Source: Candidatus Acidiferrales bacterium (lineage in GTDB: Bacteria; Bacteroidota; Ignavibacteria; Kryptoniales; JAKASW01). Taken from it: a stretch of 64,000 nucleotides of DNA. The notes under the pieces are model-generated. The model was not told the DNA's origin. It made no database searches and saw nothing but the letters and a program-made list of their open reading frames with translations. Numbering within the stretch: position 1 is the first letter of the stretch; every line of letters starts with the position of its first letter. The DNA is taken from NCBI GenBank assembly GCA_035515795.1, contig DATJAY010000016.1:45703-109702 (forward strand), in the 5' to 3' direction. Positions 37,501 to 50,700 of this stretch are shown here, in pieces. Both the position numbers and the translations under genes were made by a program.

Positions 37501-37941
37501 TATTGGGGCACAAATTTCAAAGCCGCGCAGGAGGGCGGATTGAGTTGGACGTATGACATCACCTCATCCGGCGATAGGTCGACACAATACGCGACCGGCT
37601 TCGGTTGGGGATGCCGTGTCCCGCTAGCCGCGACGTTTCGACCGAGTGAAGGCGATGACACTGCTCTGACGGCGAAATCGGTTTTACATTTCAATGATGG
37701 TGACCTGTTTCTCGTCTTTGCACGACCTTCATGGGATGGCGAGGGCGTTGTGCTCTGCATCAGGGCTACGGACGGAAAGAGAACGGTGATGAACATTTCA
37801 AACCTAATTGGTAAAAACCACTCGTTGAAAGTGTATGAAGTAAATTCTCTCGAGGAACCAATAGGGAGCGTGGTAAAAGACGTGTCTTTCAATCCATTTG
37901 AAGTGAAGTTTCTGAAGCTGACGCGCTACCAAAAAAAGTAG
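34534..37941 (+). CDS. Secreted glycoside hydrolase family 38-like protein (alpha-mannosidase fold) with unassigned ~270-aa N-terminal domain
   Basis: Signal peptide MMKALIGLVFLTFFSAASWAQ. VYLVEHTHTDVGYT resembles the GH38 N-terminal metal-binding H-x-H-x-D motif. Size and layout fit GH38 N/middle/C domains. Family assignment is by pattern only. Confidence 0.55.
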   Translation: MMKALIGLVFLTFFSAASWAQTHNSEWPSVFFSGYDHVTHGGVFNYHSPDPEINASLLVRSEDSSEYVEWETDKVPADFHGSQAYFVWMFGIAVTANGHSFHLSVNGKELLSFRNPTVSEKKSWSLDGAGGSELTFIPTMIDMYNDLMGYAVLRMPLNELRLGRSQILRINGETAASRTWYMTFESPVQEKMKITQLPSAVRENGGIYDLLRLEVTHLGSPTAGKLFLNGIAKETFDIIPGSNSFIMTIPEVHHDEIIDVKFEMKGATFQDSIHVNPVRDWIVYLVEHTHTDVGYTEPQNEIMPEQLRYIDYALDYCDETDEYPEDARFRWTCETAWAVQEYLSVRPKPQVERLLKRIREGRIEVTGLFLNMSDMYDESCLSNLMNVVKTFKNAGIDVTAAMQDDVNGVPWCLVDYLESAGVKYLDMGENVGHAREPFDIPTAFWWESPSGHKILAYRGEHYHFGNMLGILGNEDNFKASLLRYLRNLETKAYPFDKTMIQFSGYWIDDSPPSIAACDLVKKWNEKFEWPKLKLATVSGFFKTMNEEHGSQLPTYRLAWPDWWTDGAGSSALETAYVRGAQSDFIANQGLLSMAMLLGADIKPDELREMNSVNENIAFYDEHSFGADESITDPLSLNSTVQWNEKSAFAWTAVKENGLLRQESSGLLREFTPKLKFPSITVFNTMNVERSGIAEFFTYNSYLKSGKTMAVVDAAGNEVPIEFVKGGPGGNYCEIYAKDVPAFGYRTYRVIARDQRSSRFDTRDFTGILENQYYRIKIDSTKGGIESLIDKSTGLDLVDAKAPWELGQFIYETLPDRRLLDAPNSIPYSPGLFTRTGMTNVRIGRVVDGPIWMSVNITGQVTGCADSNGVTCEIRLYKTEKRVQFVYSMIKLQVFTPEAVYVAFPFESQGGHLTFEVQGGTVIPGKGQLPGSACDWNGVQNFASVCNKDAQIIFVSPEAPLMEFGDINTGKWQEVAQVEKPYIYSYVLNNYWGTNFKAAQEGGLSWTYDITSSGDRSTQYATGFGWGCRVPLAATFRPSEGDDTALTAKSVLHFNDGDLFLVFARPSWDGEGVVLCIRATDGKRTVMNISNLIGKNHSLKVYEVNSLEEPIGSVVKDVSFNPFEVKFLKLTRYQKK

Positions 37942-38719
37942 AGTAAGTAGTCGATGGCGGTGTGGCTTTCATTACTATGTGCTTGATGATTTGTCAGTCC
38001 TTTCCCGGTTTGCTCTCTGATCGGAACAATGACTCGAACCCTCTAAGAGTGAAGGTACTGATTGCAAGAAGGCGAGAGTTACGAGGACATGACTTCATGG
38101 TCTTGACATCCGCAACTAGAGTTTCATCGCCGATCCTGCTGAATTGCTGAGTCCGCGTTGCTTTGCTTCGTTTAAACGGTATTGAATTAGTAACCTGCAG
38201 TAGGTGGACTACACTGGGGCAAATCCCAAAGACAATCCTGTGTCTCGTCCATGAAAAGTGTGAAGAAAGGCGGACATTATCTTGAACCACACACGCCCCA
38301 ACTATTGCCCAACTTGCCCCGTGATTACGATAATACTCATATTTTGAGTAGGTAACGGAGGATTACGGTTTTGTTATCACATAGCGGTTTAAGAGAAAAT
38401 CATGTTACGAAATACTGGGAAATGAGAAGCGCGATTCCGGCATGGAGGTTGCGCTGTATGTACTGAATATTCTCCGCCTCTCATGGCGCTTCAACGGACG
38501 ATTTTATCGATGATAGCTGTCCGCCGGTGAATTGCTCGGGTTGTGTCATCGGAGGTTACTGTTCTTGGTTAATTTAGACACCAAAATATCCGAAATTTAA
38601 GATCAGGAGGGAGATTGATTGCGAATTGAGATTCAGCACTGAAAGTCCATTTTCGATATAGAGAAAAAGCAATAAAGCTAATGATTGAAGTTCTTTTTGC
38701 CGCAACGGATATCCAGAAG

Positions 38720-41700
38720 ATGTTCAAGCCAACCAAGAGACGTTTTCTGGTTTTATTGCTGACCGTGATGGCGCTGGGCAGCACATCAGCTTGGTCGGCG
38801 ACTATATCCAGCACTGGAACCGGTGGCAATTGGAATGCGGCCGGAACCTGGGTCGGCGGTGTTGCCCCAGGGAATACTGATTCTGTTGTAATTGTGTCTG
38901 GAGCAACTGTGACAGTTAACGGCGCCAACAGAACATGTGGATCGATAAATATCCTTGGCACTCTTCAATGGAGTGCCGCGGGCGGAAGTCGTACACTGAC
39001 GGTTTCGGGGGGCGGTACTGGATCAGGGACCATTGGTGGAAACGGGATAATTATTGTCGCTAATGCAGCTGTCACTGGAACAATTACTATGAGTGCGGGA
39101 ACAAATAGCAATTGGATCTTCTCCGGCACAATAACGAGAACGGGTGCACTCGTCGTCAACATGACATCGACAACCGATCAAACCATAACAGGCGTTCTGA
39201 TATGCAATACCTTCACTGTAAATAAAGCCGGCGGAACTTTACATCTCAGCATAACACCAACGGTGACGACAACTACCACGCTTACTGCGGGAAGTATCGA
39301 CTACAACAGCGGTGGCACGCAAAGCATTCTGAACGCCAATCACCCCGCTGATCTCTCGCTTTCTAATTCCGGGACGAATTTGACTACAACGGCTGCCCTT
39401 ACAATCGGCGGAAACCTAATCGTCGCTGACGGGACCACGTTTACATCGAACGCTGCTTACGCCCTGACTGTAACGGGCACGACCACCGTTGGCGGTGGAA
39501 CGAGCGGAACCTTGGCCATATCGACCGCGTCGACAAATACGCAAACTTTTACTGGCGCTGTGACCGTAAACAGCGGGGCAAGTTTTACGGAAAGCATCGC
39601 TGCATCCCTCGCGTTCGGTTCTGATCTCAGTGTAAACGGTACTCTTACGGAAAACGGGGCCGCACCTGTAACTGTGGCGGGAAATTTCACGAACAATGGT
39701 TCGTACACTGCAAGCACCGGCACGCACACCTTCAGCGGTACGGCAAAAACAATCGGGGGAACATCCGGTATTTCGATCGCCAGTCTGGCGGTAACCGGTA
39801 CATACACCAACAATGGCACACTCACGGTTTCGACTGCGCTCACTGGTGCAGGTGGTTTAACGAACGGTTTGTCGAGCGTGTTGAACATCGGCGGGACTTC
39901 AACAATTACGACTTTGACTGCAACTGCAGTCGGGAACATGGTGAATTACAACGGTGCGGCACAAACCGTTAAAGTAGTTGCTTATAATAATTTGACTCTA
40001 AGCGGCAGCGGGGTCAAGACGTTTGCGGTAACAACTATAAATGGCAATCTCACTTTGAGCGGCACCGCAACCGCTGCAATGGGGGCCAGCTTGGCGATTG
40101 GCGGCAACCTTTCAATCGGTGATGGTACAACATTTACTGTCGGTGCTTACACCATTACCGTCACGGGGACGACCACTCTCGGCGGAGGGGCAAGCGGAAC
40201 GCTTTCTATAACGTCCATGACTGGTACAAAAACATTCTCGCGTGCAGTTACTATCAATAGCGGAGCCAGTTTTACTGAAAGCGTTGCAGAGGCGATCGCG
40301 TTTGGTTCGGACGTTACAATTAACGGTACGCTTACAGAAAATGGCAACGCGGCAATCGGCATTGCCGGCAATTTTACGGATAATGGTACATATACTGCGA
40401 GCACCGGCTTCCATACGTTTTCCGGGACGGGGATGGCGATCGGCGGATCCAGCGCGATCTCGATCCCAAGTGTTACAATAAGTGGTTCCTATGCAAACAA
40501 CGGGACATTGACGGTTACGACTGCCCTTGCTGGAACAGGCGGACTGACCAATGCTGATACACTGAATATTAACTTTGCCGGCGCCGCCGGGATAGCATCT
40601 CTCACTGCGACGACACCCGGCAACACGGTGAACTACGGATACGCCGGAGCACAAACAGTAATTTCAACGAATTATTACAACCTGACACTCGGCGGCAGTG
40701 GAGCAAAAACCTTGCAAGCTGGTACAACCTCTATTGCTGGCAGCTTCACTCTGTCCGGCACAGCAACTACGACTGGCGTTATCGGTCTTACGATCGGCGG
40801 AAGTATTGTTTTAGGTTCAGGAACAGCGTTTACTGCGGGCGCCTTTATCCATTCCATTGCAGGCAGCTGGGTGAACAACGGTGGAACATTTACGTCGACA
40901 GGTTCAACTATTGGCTTCAACGGCAGCGCTGCACAAACTATCGGCGGCACAAGCGCGTCAGCATTTAATAATCTAAGCATCAACAATTCAAACGGCGTTT
41001 CACTGGGCGCTTCCGTGTCCATTGCCGGAACACTAACTCTCACTTCCGGCATCGTAACCACCTCGGCAACAAATCTACTGACAATAACAAATACATCTGC
41101 GGGAAGTATTTCCGGCGCATCATCCGCGTCATTTGTCAGCGGGCCGCTGGCAATTACATTGCCTGCAAATGTTGGAGCAGACGGGACGACATATACATTC
41201 CCGGTCGGAGAAACCGCAAATTATCGCCCGATAAGTCTGATGAATATTCGGACCGGTGCGACATCGCCAGTCGTTCGAGCAACGGTGAACGGTTCCGGTG
41301 CTACGACGGGAGACGGAACGACGATCACGAGTATTGCCCCGCGCAATTGGTATGTGCAGGCCACAAGCGGAAATTTCACAAGTGCAACGATTCAGCTCAC
41401 AGAAAGCGGATTGATACCGACAAATGTCATCGGACAGTCGTCCGCGCAATCAGGAACCTATGCTTCTATCGGCGGTACGAATGTCGGGGCTACTGTTACA
41501 TCAGTCCAAACCGTCTCTTCATTCCCCGGTTATTTTGCTATAGGTATCTCCACAGTCAAGCCTTTGTATTCTTACCAATCTGGTAATTGGGACAGTACCA
41601 CTACGTGGACCACGGATCCATCGGGTTCGCTGTGGATAAACGGGAAAGTCCCTGGTACCATGGACAATGTCGTCATACTAAATGGCCGCACGATCTCCGT

Positions 41701-44700
41701 CAGCTCAAACAATAAGAAGGTAGTTTCACTTAATTTAAATGCAGGCGGCGTGGTTGACATTCAATCTACCACCGGACACAGTTTTGGAACGGTAACCGGT
41801 CAGGGGAGGATAATGCTCAGCTCCAACAATTTCCCCGGCGGAACATTTACAAATTTCGTAGCAAGCGGTGGTGGCACGATTGAGTACTATAATCTAAACG
41901 CCGCCGGATTGAGCACCACCCAATTGACATATAACAACTTGATTGTTTCAAACTATTCCACGAATGCTAACTCCGTTTACTTGAACAATTTTGCAAATCC
42001 CGCGACTTATACCGTCAATGGAAATTTTAGTCTGAAAAATTATTCATCGGGCAGCAACACGTTCTATTTTGGCAGTCCAACTGCATCTGATAATCTTGTC
42101 AGCATGACGGTCTACGGAAGCCTTTCCGTTGATGCCGGATGCAATATCAGGGTTAACAACTTTGCTACTGCACACAATGTTCCCAACGCGAGTGATGAAG
42201 GTGCAACGCCTTATCCTGTCCACACTCTAAACTTGTACGGTAACCTGACCAACAATGGATCTGTGCGATTTACGGGATTACCGTCGCCCGTGAACAACGC
42301 ATACTATGCGCTTACGACGACCGCGTACAATGCTGTCAACTACGGAGACGTTCAGGTATTCTTCTATGGAGCAACGAACAATACTATGACGTGTAATGGT
42401 ACAACTGATTTCTTCAGGATCGTGGTCGCCAAGGGTTTGGACGATACTCATACGCTTGAAGTAAGTTCCACGAACACCAATAATTTTGCGCTCTACGCTC
42501 CGAACAATCAGGGAAATAATGCGTTTAATGGCGGCACCAATGGTTATGGTTATGGAGTGTATTACAAAGCGTTGTTCATCCATTATGGCACATTAAAGTT
42601 GGACGCAAACATCAGCATCCCATCTCTCACAGAGGGAGGACAGGATTTCAATCTGGTTCCTACGGCGGGGTTGTGGATCAACGGCGCTAATGTATCGACG
42701 ACGGTGAGTGGATTGAATGGAACCGGTTACCAGGCAGCGACGCTCTATGGCTCCCTGCGCATTAGTGCGGGTCAGTTCTCAACCGGTGATGCCGCCGGCA
42801 TGGTCCTAGGAACATTAGGGACTCCGACTATTACAATCGAAGGAACAGGCGTGCTGGATGCCAGCAATGCCTGGGAGGCTACTGGTGGTACAAATCTGAT
42901 GAGCTATATACAAACAGGAGGAACAGCCAACTTCAGACTCCAAGGTGAGAATCATGTAGGACCGATGTTTGGATTAAATAATCCCAATTCCTCATTTGTA
43001 ATGAGCGGAGGGACTATCAATTTTACAAACAACGCTTTTGTCGATGGTACTTACGATTACAATGTAATGGACCTTGAGCCCCAGTCGGGATATTATCAGG
43101 TAACGGGCGGCACAATTAATATCAGTCTTCCGAGTTCCGCCACTGCTTATACCGTGATTTCAACCGTGCCACTTAACAATGTGAATATATCTCGAGGAAG
43201 CGGAGCAGGGACGACGACTGTCCAATGGAATACTCCGAGTCCGAACCTCAGTGTGTTAAATAATCTGGTGATTAACAGCAATGCAGTTCTAAACCTCAGC
43301 ACAAGTTCCCTCAGTCTCTTTGTCGGGGGCAATTTTACAATTGCTTCCGGCGGCGCGTACACGCCAGGAACGACGGATACAACGACTTTTAACGGAAACG
43401 GGTATCAGGCATTCACAAATATTGGCACTATCACCGGGGGATTGGCCAGCCTTTCGGTAACCAGTTCCTCCAACACCACGATTATCTCTAATAATTTGAC
43501 TGTGAATGGTACACTCGCGATCGGCCGGAATGCCATGTTGAATGACAGTGGGAAATATGTGTACGTGATCGGGAGTGTCGTCAATAGTGGAACACACACG
43601 GGCTTGTCGTCCGGCGGCGGCATTCGCTTGACGGGTACGACAGCCCAAACGATAAACGGCGGTGGAAGATTTTATAATCTGATTATCGACAAGTCCAATA
43701 CGACCGGCGTTTCGCTTCTAAGCAATATCACGGTGACGGGAACACTGAGATTGGTGACTAATCCCAATCTTACCATCGGGTCGTACAATCTTACTTTAGA
43801 CAGCCTCGCAAATGTATATACTGATCTGGCGACCGGTGCAAGCTATGATAGTCTCCACATGATCGTGACGGCGGGACTGGCCAGCGATAATGGAGTGACG
43901 AAGAAATTCTGTTCGTCGAGCACCACATTTCTTTATCCGATCGGTACGGGAACAAAATATCGCCCGGCACAAATTCAATTCACTTCCAATCCATATCAAT
44001 ACGGTTCAATCACCGTTAGGCCGGTCGCCTCTGCGGATCCCATGGTACAGGCAGCGAACCAGTCCATAACTTTTTATTGGAAAGTGACAAGCTCGAATTT
44101 TACGGGGATTCAAAATAATAGCATCAACGAGATCTACTATTATTATCCGGTAGATGTCCCGAATTCAACTTACGAAAGCAGTTATGTGCCGGCCACTTTC
44201 ATAGCTCCAAGCTGGATGATTAATTCCGCCGGAACAGTCAGCTATACTCTCACACCGCGCCAAATTCATTTCAATTCACTTAACTACTTGGACGGCGAAT
44301 ACACCTGCGGTACGTCAGCGGCATTTGCCGCCGTCCCGGCCTTATACAGCATTGTATCCGGTAACTGGAATAGCACTGCAACATGGTCAACGACAAGAGG
44401 CGGTCCTGCCGGCAGTACTACACCTCATGTGACAACCGTCGTGTATGTCACCAATGGGACGACGGTGACTACAACATTGGCGGATTCTTCGGGCAACTTG
44501 ATAATTGAACCCGGTGCAACACTCAATTTGGAGACCGTGACCGGTCATAGTTTCGGAACAATCGTCAATAATCCGGCGTCGGGCAGCGGAACGCTGAGAA
44601 TTGCCAGCAGTGCATATTTTCCTAAAGGTGATTGGGGAAATTTCCTGGGAATCAACGGCGGGACTGTGGAATATTATCAGACAGCGGCAGGCACATTGAA

Positions 44701-47700
44701 TTTGCCTACAACCTATGCCCTGCCAAGTGGAAGCACAGCGAACATTACCACCTATTGCAATTTGACTGCTTCGCCTTACAATGCGTCGAATATAATTTTA
44801 CCGAATACGAATTTGACAATCTATAAAAACTTTACGGCAAAATATTCTGCTGGAGGCGGAACCGCCAATTGTATTACACAGATCAATGCAGGTGCAACCA
44901 CGACGACTTTAGAAGTGCACGGGATTATTTCGGTTAATCAATACGGCATTCTTCAGTATATGAATGGCGCAGCACAAAGCGTCGTGGCCGATTCAGATAT
45001 AATAATCGCTGCCGGCGGTGCGCTTCAGGTGAGCACTTCGGGTACGGCTAATCTTGTGAACACATTGACGCTATACGGAAATATTACTAATAATGGCACA
45101 CTCGATCTGGATCCGAATTATCCTGCAAATGATAATTATAATTGCCTGCTGGGATTTGCCGGCGCATCCAGCAAGGCATTCACGAGTACGACCACGCCGA
45201 CTCGAACGCGTTTGTATGCTATCAGTGTGAACAAGGGTACCACTCTCGATTCAATGGTGAATGTCATGATTGATCCTACGGGATTTCAGATGGGAAACGG
45301 CGGATTGTCATTGCAGAATGGAACATTTAGATTGACATCGGCAGTGACCATGGCACTGTCATCAGGAGGCTTCACTATTCCGGTTACCGGTGGTCTCTCG
45401 GTGAATGGCGGAACACTAAACGTTGTCACCGACGCAATTTCAGCAGATCTAACGCTGAAAGGCCGCTTGGAAATCCTTTCCGGAACAATTAATGTAGGTC
45501 CGTCCATCTCCTCCACATCGACTATTTCGTCGAGTATTCTGTATTCTGCCGCAGGCTCTCCGACAATTTCTATCTCCGGTGGCTCCCTCAATGTCTATTC
45601 TCAAATACGACGTGACACAGCCAACAATTCCGGCTCTTTAAATTATACTCAGACTGCGGGCACAGTTACTATCGGTGGGAAAAATCCGAAAGCTTTACGA
45701 GCTGCGTTCGAAGTTATGAATAGTGGGAGCAGGTTCGCGATGAGTGGCGGTACATTGATATTAGCCAACGGCAGCATCAATACGATATCTCCGTATGACA
45801 TGGATATAGAGCCCGATGCATCAAATGTTACCGGCGGTGCGATCCAGTTAGGATTGTCCGGAACAACTCAGACCACGTTTCGCTTTGAAACATCCGTGCC
45901 ATTATGGACTGTTACGCTCGATGCTTCTTCAAATGCCTCGGCGATTCAGGAAGTATATAACTCGACCTTGCTCGGTAATCTCACAATCGGCGGGGCATCC
46001 GGATATTACAATGCAAATGGACTCGATCTTGAGATCGGCGGCAACCTCGTAAACAACAATACAAATGCAGCCAACGGTATCAATGTCGGCGGCTTTCAAG
46101 CGCAGTCCACTACCCAAACCACATCGTTCGTTGGAAGTGCCGATCAAACGATTATCGGCACGTCTTCTAATCGGACCAATTTTGCCAATTTAGAAATAGC
46201 AACAGGTTCATCACACACAACATTTTTAAGCAGCGGTGCGTGTACCATGGTAGTGAATGGCGATTTGACTTTGACATCCGGTACGCTCAACGACGGTGGA
46301 AACCCTATGTATCTGCTGGGAGACGTCGATAACAATGCCGTTCATGTCAGTCCAAACGCCAATTCTGGCGGAATGATTTTTTCGGGAACATCTAACCAGG
46401 GAATGACCGGGAGCGGGACCGGAGTATTCGGAAATATCGAGATCAACAACAGCGGCAACGGTGTTAACATGACCGATAATTCAACGATTAACGGTCAAAT
46501 CAAATTTACAAAGGGATACCTTTACATTGATGATTACGTGTTGACATTGGGGCCAAATGCGACGGTTGCCGGCACGCCGAATGCGTCGAACTTGATATTA
46601 CTAAACGGAGTGTTAAGCGACAAAGGCGTCACGAAAATTTTTCCAACAGGTGCATCGTCATTTACATTCCCGATCGGAGCAAATGGGAAATACACTCCGG
46701 CTGCATTTAGTTTTTCATCGAATAGTAATTCAGGTGCTTCGATCAGAGTCATCCCTGTGGATGGATTACAGCCCACAATCAACACGGACAGCGTTAAAAA
46801 TTATCTGAAATATTATTGGTATGTTTCTTCAACCGGATTTTCATCAGCGTATAGCGTAACACATACTTACACATATATCACTACAGATACCGCAGGACAT
46901 CCGGCAAACATAGAACGGTACGATAACTCCATATCCAAGTGGTCAACGGTAACCGGGACGATCAGCCCGCCGACATTTACATTCACAAGCAGTTCTATCT
47001 TAGATGGTTCATATACCATCGGAGACGTTTTTGCATCTCTTCCGATGCTTTACAGCATAATGTCTGGAAGCTGGTACAACGGCGCGTTATGGTCAACTGA
47101 TACCACTACGAAGATACCGTATGGAAAAATCCCGAACGGGAATCCTGTTTTCATACGATCGCAGGATTCTGTCGCTTTGACCGCAAACAATGCAAATGCC
47201 TCATCGGTGGTCATCAACGGAATCCTCGACGCTGGCAACACGACATTGAATAATATCGGGCAGGTGTCGGGAAGTGGAAAAATAAAAATTTCAAGCACGG
47301 CCAGCGGGTATTTCGCATTTCCCGGGGGGGTCTACGATGGGTTTTTCTCGAATTCGGCGAGCACGGTCGAATTTTACGGCACCATCAACGGAAGATTACC
47401 CTTAGATCCGGGCAACACGACGAAGCCATATCAAAACGTCATTTTTTCCGGAACAAGCATCAAGTATATCAGCAGCGTAGATACAAAGGTGATCGGCAAT
47501 CTGACAATTCAAAACGGCAGCAAGTTGGACAATACGCAGTACAATAAGGACATTTACATTCTTGGGAATTGGGTCGACAACAACACTGGCACGGCCGGCT
47601 TCACTCCCGGGACCGGCACAGTTTATTTTGACGGCTCATCGGCTCAGCGCATTACAATGGGAAGCAGCTCGACCACAGAGACATTTTATAATTTTGCTCT

Positions 47701-50700
47701 TAACAATTCATCCGGCATCACGATCGCGACGGGAAACGTCTCTGTCAGCCGCAATTTATTCCTTACATCTGGAAATATTACAACGAGCAGCAACAATAGT
47801 TTGACGATCACGAATACGGACACCGGCGCTGTCGTAGGCGGGGGCGTCAATTCTTTTGTGAACGGTCCGCTGATAAAGCAAATAAATAGCGGCTCGCATT
47901 TTCAATTCCCCGTAGGCGATGCGGTCTCGTCAAATCGCAATCGGTTCGGGTACGTTTCCGTAAATAATGTTTCTACCTCCGGAACGTGGACGGCACAATT
48001 TTCCGACAAGAATCCTACAACAGACGGATACAGCATTTCCAATATGACACCGCCCCTAATGTCGGTCAACTATACGGAATATTGGAAGGTCGCCGGTCCG
48101 ACCGGAGGAACTGCAAATGTTACATTGAGCTGGGATCAATACAGCGGGATGAGCAGCTCGTCATCGACGCGTGCACTTTCGTTGGTTGCGGAGTGGGGCA
48201 CACCGGTGGCGGGCAGTTGGAATTCCGCCGGTAGTATGGTTTCGGATTTTGGACAAGATAGTGGTACAGTAGCTACTTCGACAGTGCTAAATCTTGCCGG
48301 GACGCAGGTCTTTACAATAGGAGCGACGACGGCGGCCATAGCTGCACTAATCACTTCGATCCAAACCGGATTGTGGAATAATCCTGCCGTATGGAATGTC
48401 GGGCGCATACCGAGCGCGATCGATACCGTGGTCATCACCAGCCCGTACAACGTTGTCCTTAATATTCCGTTGGCTATCGCGAGGTTTGCCGTCAATAACG
48501 GTGGAACATACAACGACAGCACTTTCACATTAACGGTTGCCGGGAACGTAACATTGAACGGAACATGGAGCGGCTCTGGAAAGTTAAGTATGACAATGTC
48601 AGGCGGTGCTATTTACGGCACTGGGACAGTTACGGGGAAGAGCACACTTGAAATTGCCGCCGGGAGCGAGAGCATTGTATCCAATGCTAATTTAATATTG
48701 AAAAACGTTTCTATTCTTTCCGCTGATACGCTCAATAATTATGGCTCAGTAACCATCGATTCGCTCGCAGGCAGCACGGCGACTTCTATTTTTAATAACT
48801 TTCCAGGATCGACACTGACAATCAATGGTTCACTACTCAATACCGGCACACTCAACGCAGCCGTATCTCCTAACACGGTCATATATGGTGGATCTGCAGC
48901 TCAGGTAATCAAGTCGACAACATACAATAATATCATTATCAGCGGCGCTGGAGCAAAGACCATCAATAGCGGTGCGACCACGATAAGCAACGGTACTCTT
49001 GAACTTCAATCCGGTCCGGTGTTCACAATACAGTCCGGGGCATCGGTTGCGGCAACGGGTACAGGGAAGATCGTTCTCGATCCCAACTCAAGTTATATAA
49101 ATCTCAGCAATAGCGCTCCGCTTGTTCAGGTACAAACTCGAATCACCGGCAGGGATGGATGGCGCATGATTGCAGCTCCTGATACCGTCACGGTCGGTTC
49201 GATGCTCGGAGGCAAATTTGTCACGCAAGGTTTCAGCGGTTCGACTTATCCTGCGATGCAGCCAAACTTGATGTGGTGGGATGAAACAAGCAAGGGGACT
49301 TCTTTACAGGCGTGGAGGGCGCCATCGAACATGACCGATACCGTTAAGTTGGGAAGAGGCTACATGTACTATGTTTTCAACGGGGCACAAATAACCGGCC
49401 AGTCGGGAGGCGGCAACTATAGTGATACTCTTCCACTGACTATGTCCGCTCTCGGCCCAGAGCATCCGCTTACCACAGCATTCGACTTCGGTGTCACGGC
49501 CACCATGCGTGCCGGAGGCGGATCTCCTGACACGACTTACACGGATACTGCCGCGGCCGACTACGGGTGGAACCTTGTAGGGAATCCGACTCCTTCTACC
49601 ATTAACTGGAATGCGTCTTCAGGGTGGACAAAGACGAACATGGACGGAACTATTTATGTCTGGGATCCAAACGACACAACCGGCGGCTATAAGACATGGA
49701 ATGGCACCACTGGAAACCTCGGAAGTGGATTGATTGCGCCGTTCCAGGCATTCTGGGTAAAGGCAAACAACGCCAATCCCTCGTTGAGATGCGACAATGG
49801 TGTGAAATCGAGTGGAGGCGTTTTCCTCGAGAAAGCAGTCAAGGATTCGATAGGGAATATTTTGTCCGCGAAAGCTGCTGAGAAATCCTCCGGTAATAAT
49901 CCTCTCAGCAAGGTTACCGATGATTCAGTGTCGTCATCGACGCCGGTTATCTCATTGACACTTTCGTCGAATGAACTTGAGGCACAAGCGTATCTGATGT
50001 TCAGCGGCTCGGGATTGCTGTCGTATGATCCGTACGACGCATTCAGTCTGGTTCCTCTCACTAATGATTACCTGATACTCTACTCAGTTGCCGGAGAAGG
50101 ACAGCTGCCAATGCAGATTCAGGATCTCCCCGACACAGGTTTCGGCGAACCATTTACACTTCCGTTGTACGTTGGCGGAACAATGGCCGGCAAGCCACTC
50201 AGCAGTTCATTTACACTCTGTTGGAAATTAGACGGAAAACTCCCATCGGGCTGGAACATCGAGCTCATGGATGACGACAATGCAAAAGCCTATAACATTT
50301 CCGCAGAGGGTCAATTGACATTCCAGTACAACACCCCCGCCGGCATGGTGCCTTTGAGCAACAGCTTTTTGGAAAAGACTTCGAGCAACGGTTCAAGCCG
50401 GCGATCGCTCCCAACGCCTGTGGTACTCACTGTTCCATCATCTAAGTTGTCCAAGGCCGCCTCCGTGACTCCACGCTTTCGTTTGGTAATTGCGGCAAAC
50501 AATAACTTGAATGGATATCTACCGACTACACCGCAACTGGAGCAAAATTATCCGAATCCCTTTAACCCTACTACAAACATTCCGTTTACGGTCCCCGCAA
50601 AATCTCGCGTTACGATCGAGGTATTTAATGTCCTCGGCCAAAAGGTTGCGACACTGGCCGATATGGATTATGATGCAGGAACTCATGTGGTTGTATGGAA

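Noticed and set aside
38569-38961. 130-aa minus-strand ORF spanning the start of the giant gene
   Set aside because: It is antisense to the signal-peptide and first-repeat region of a 12-kb ORF, and its composition is low complexity.
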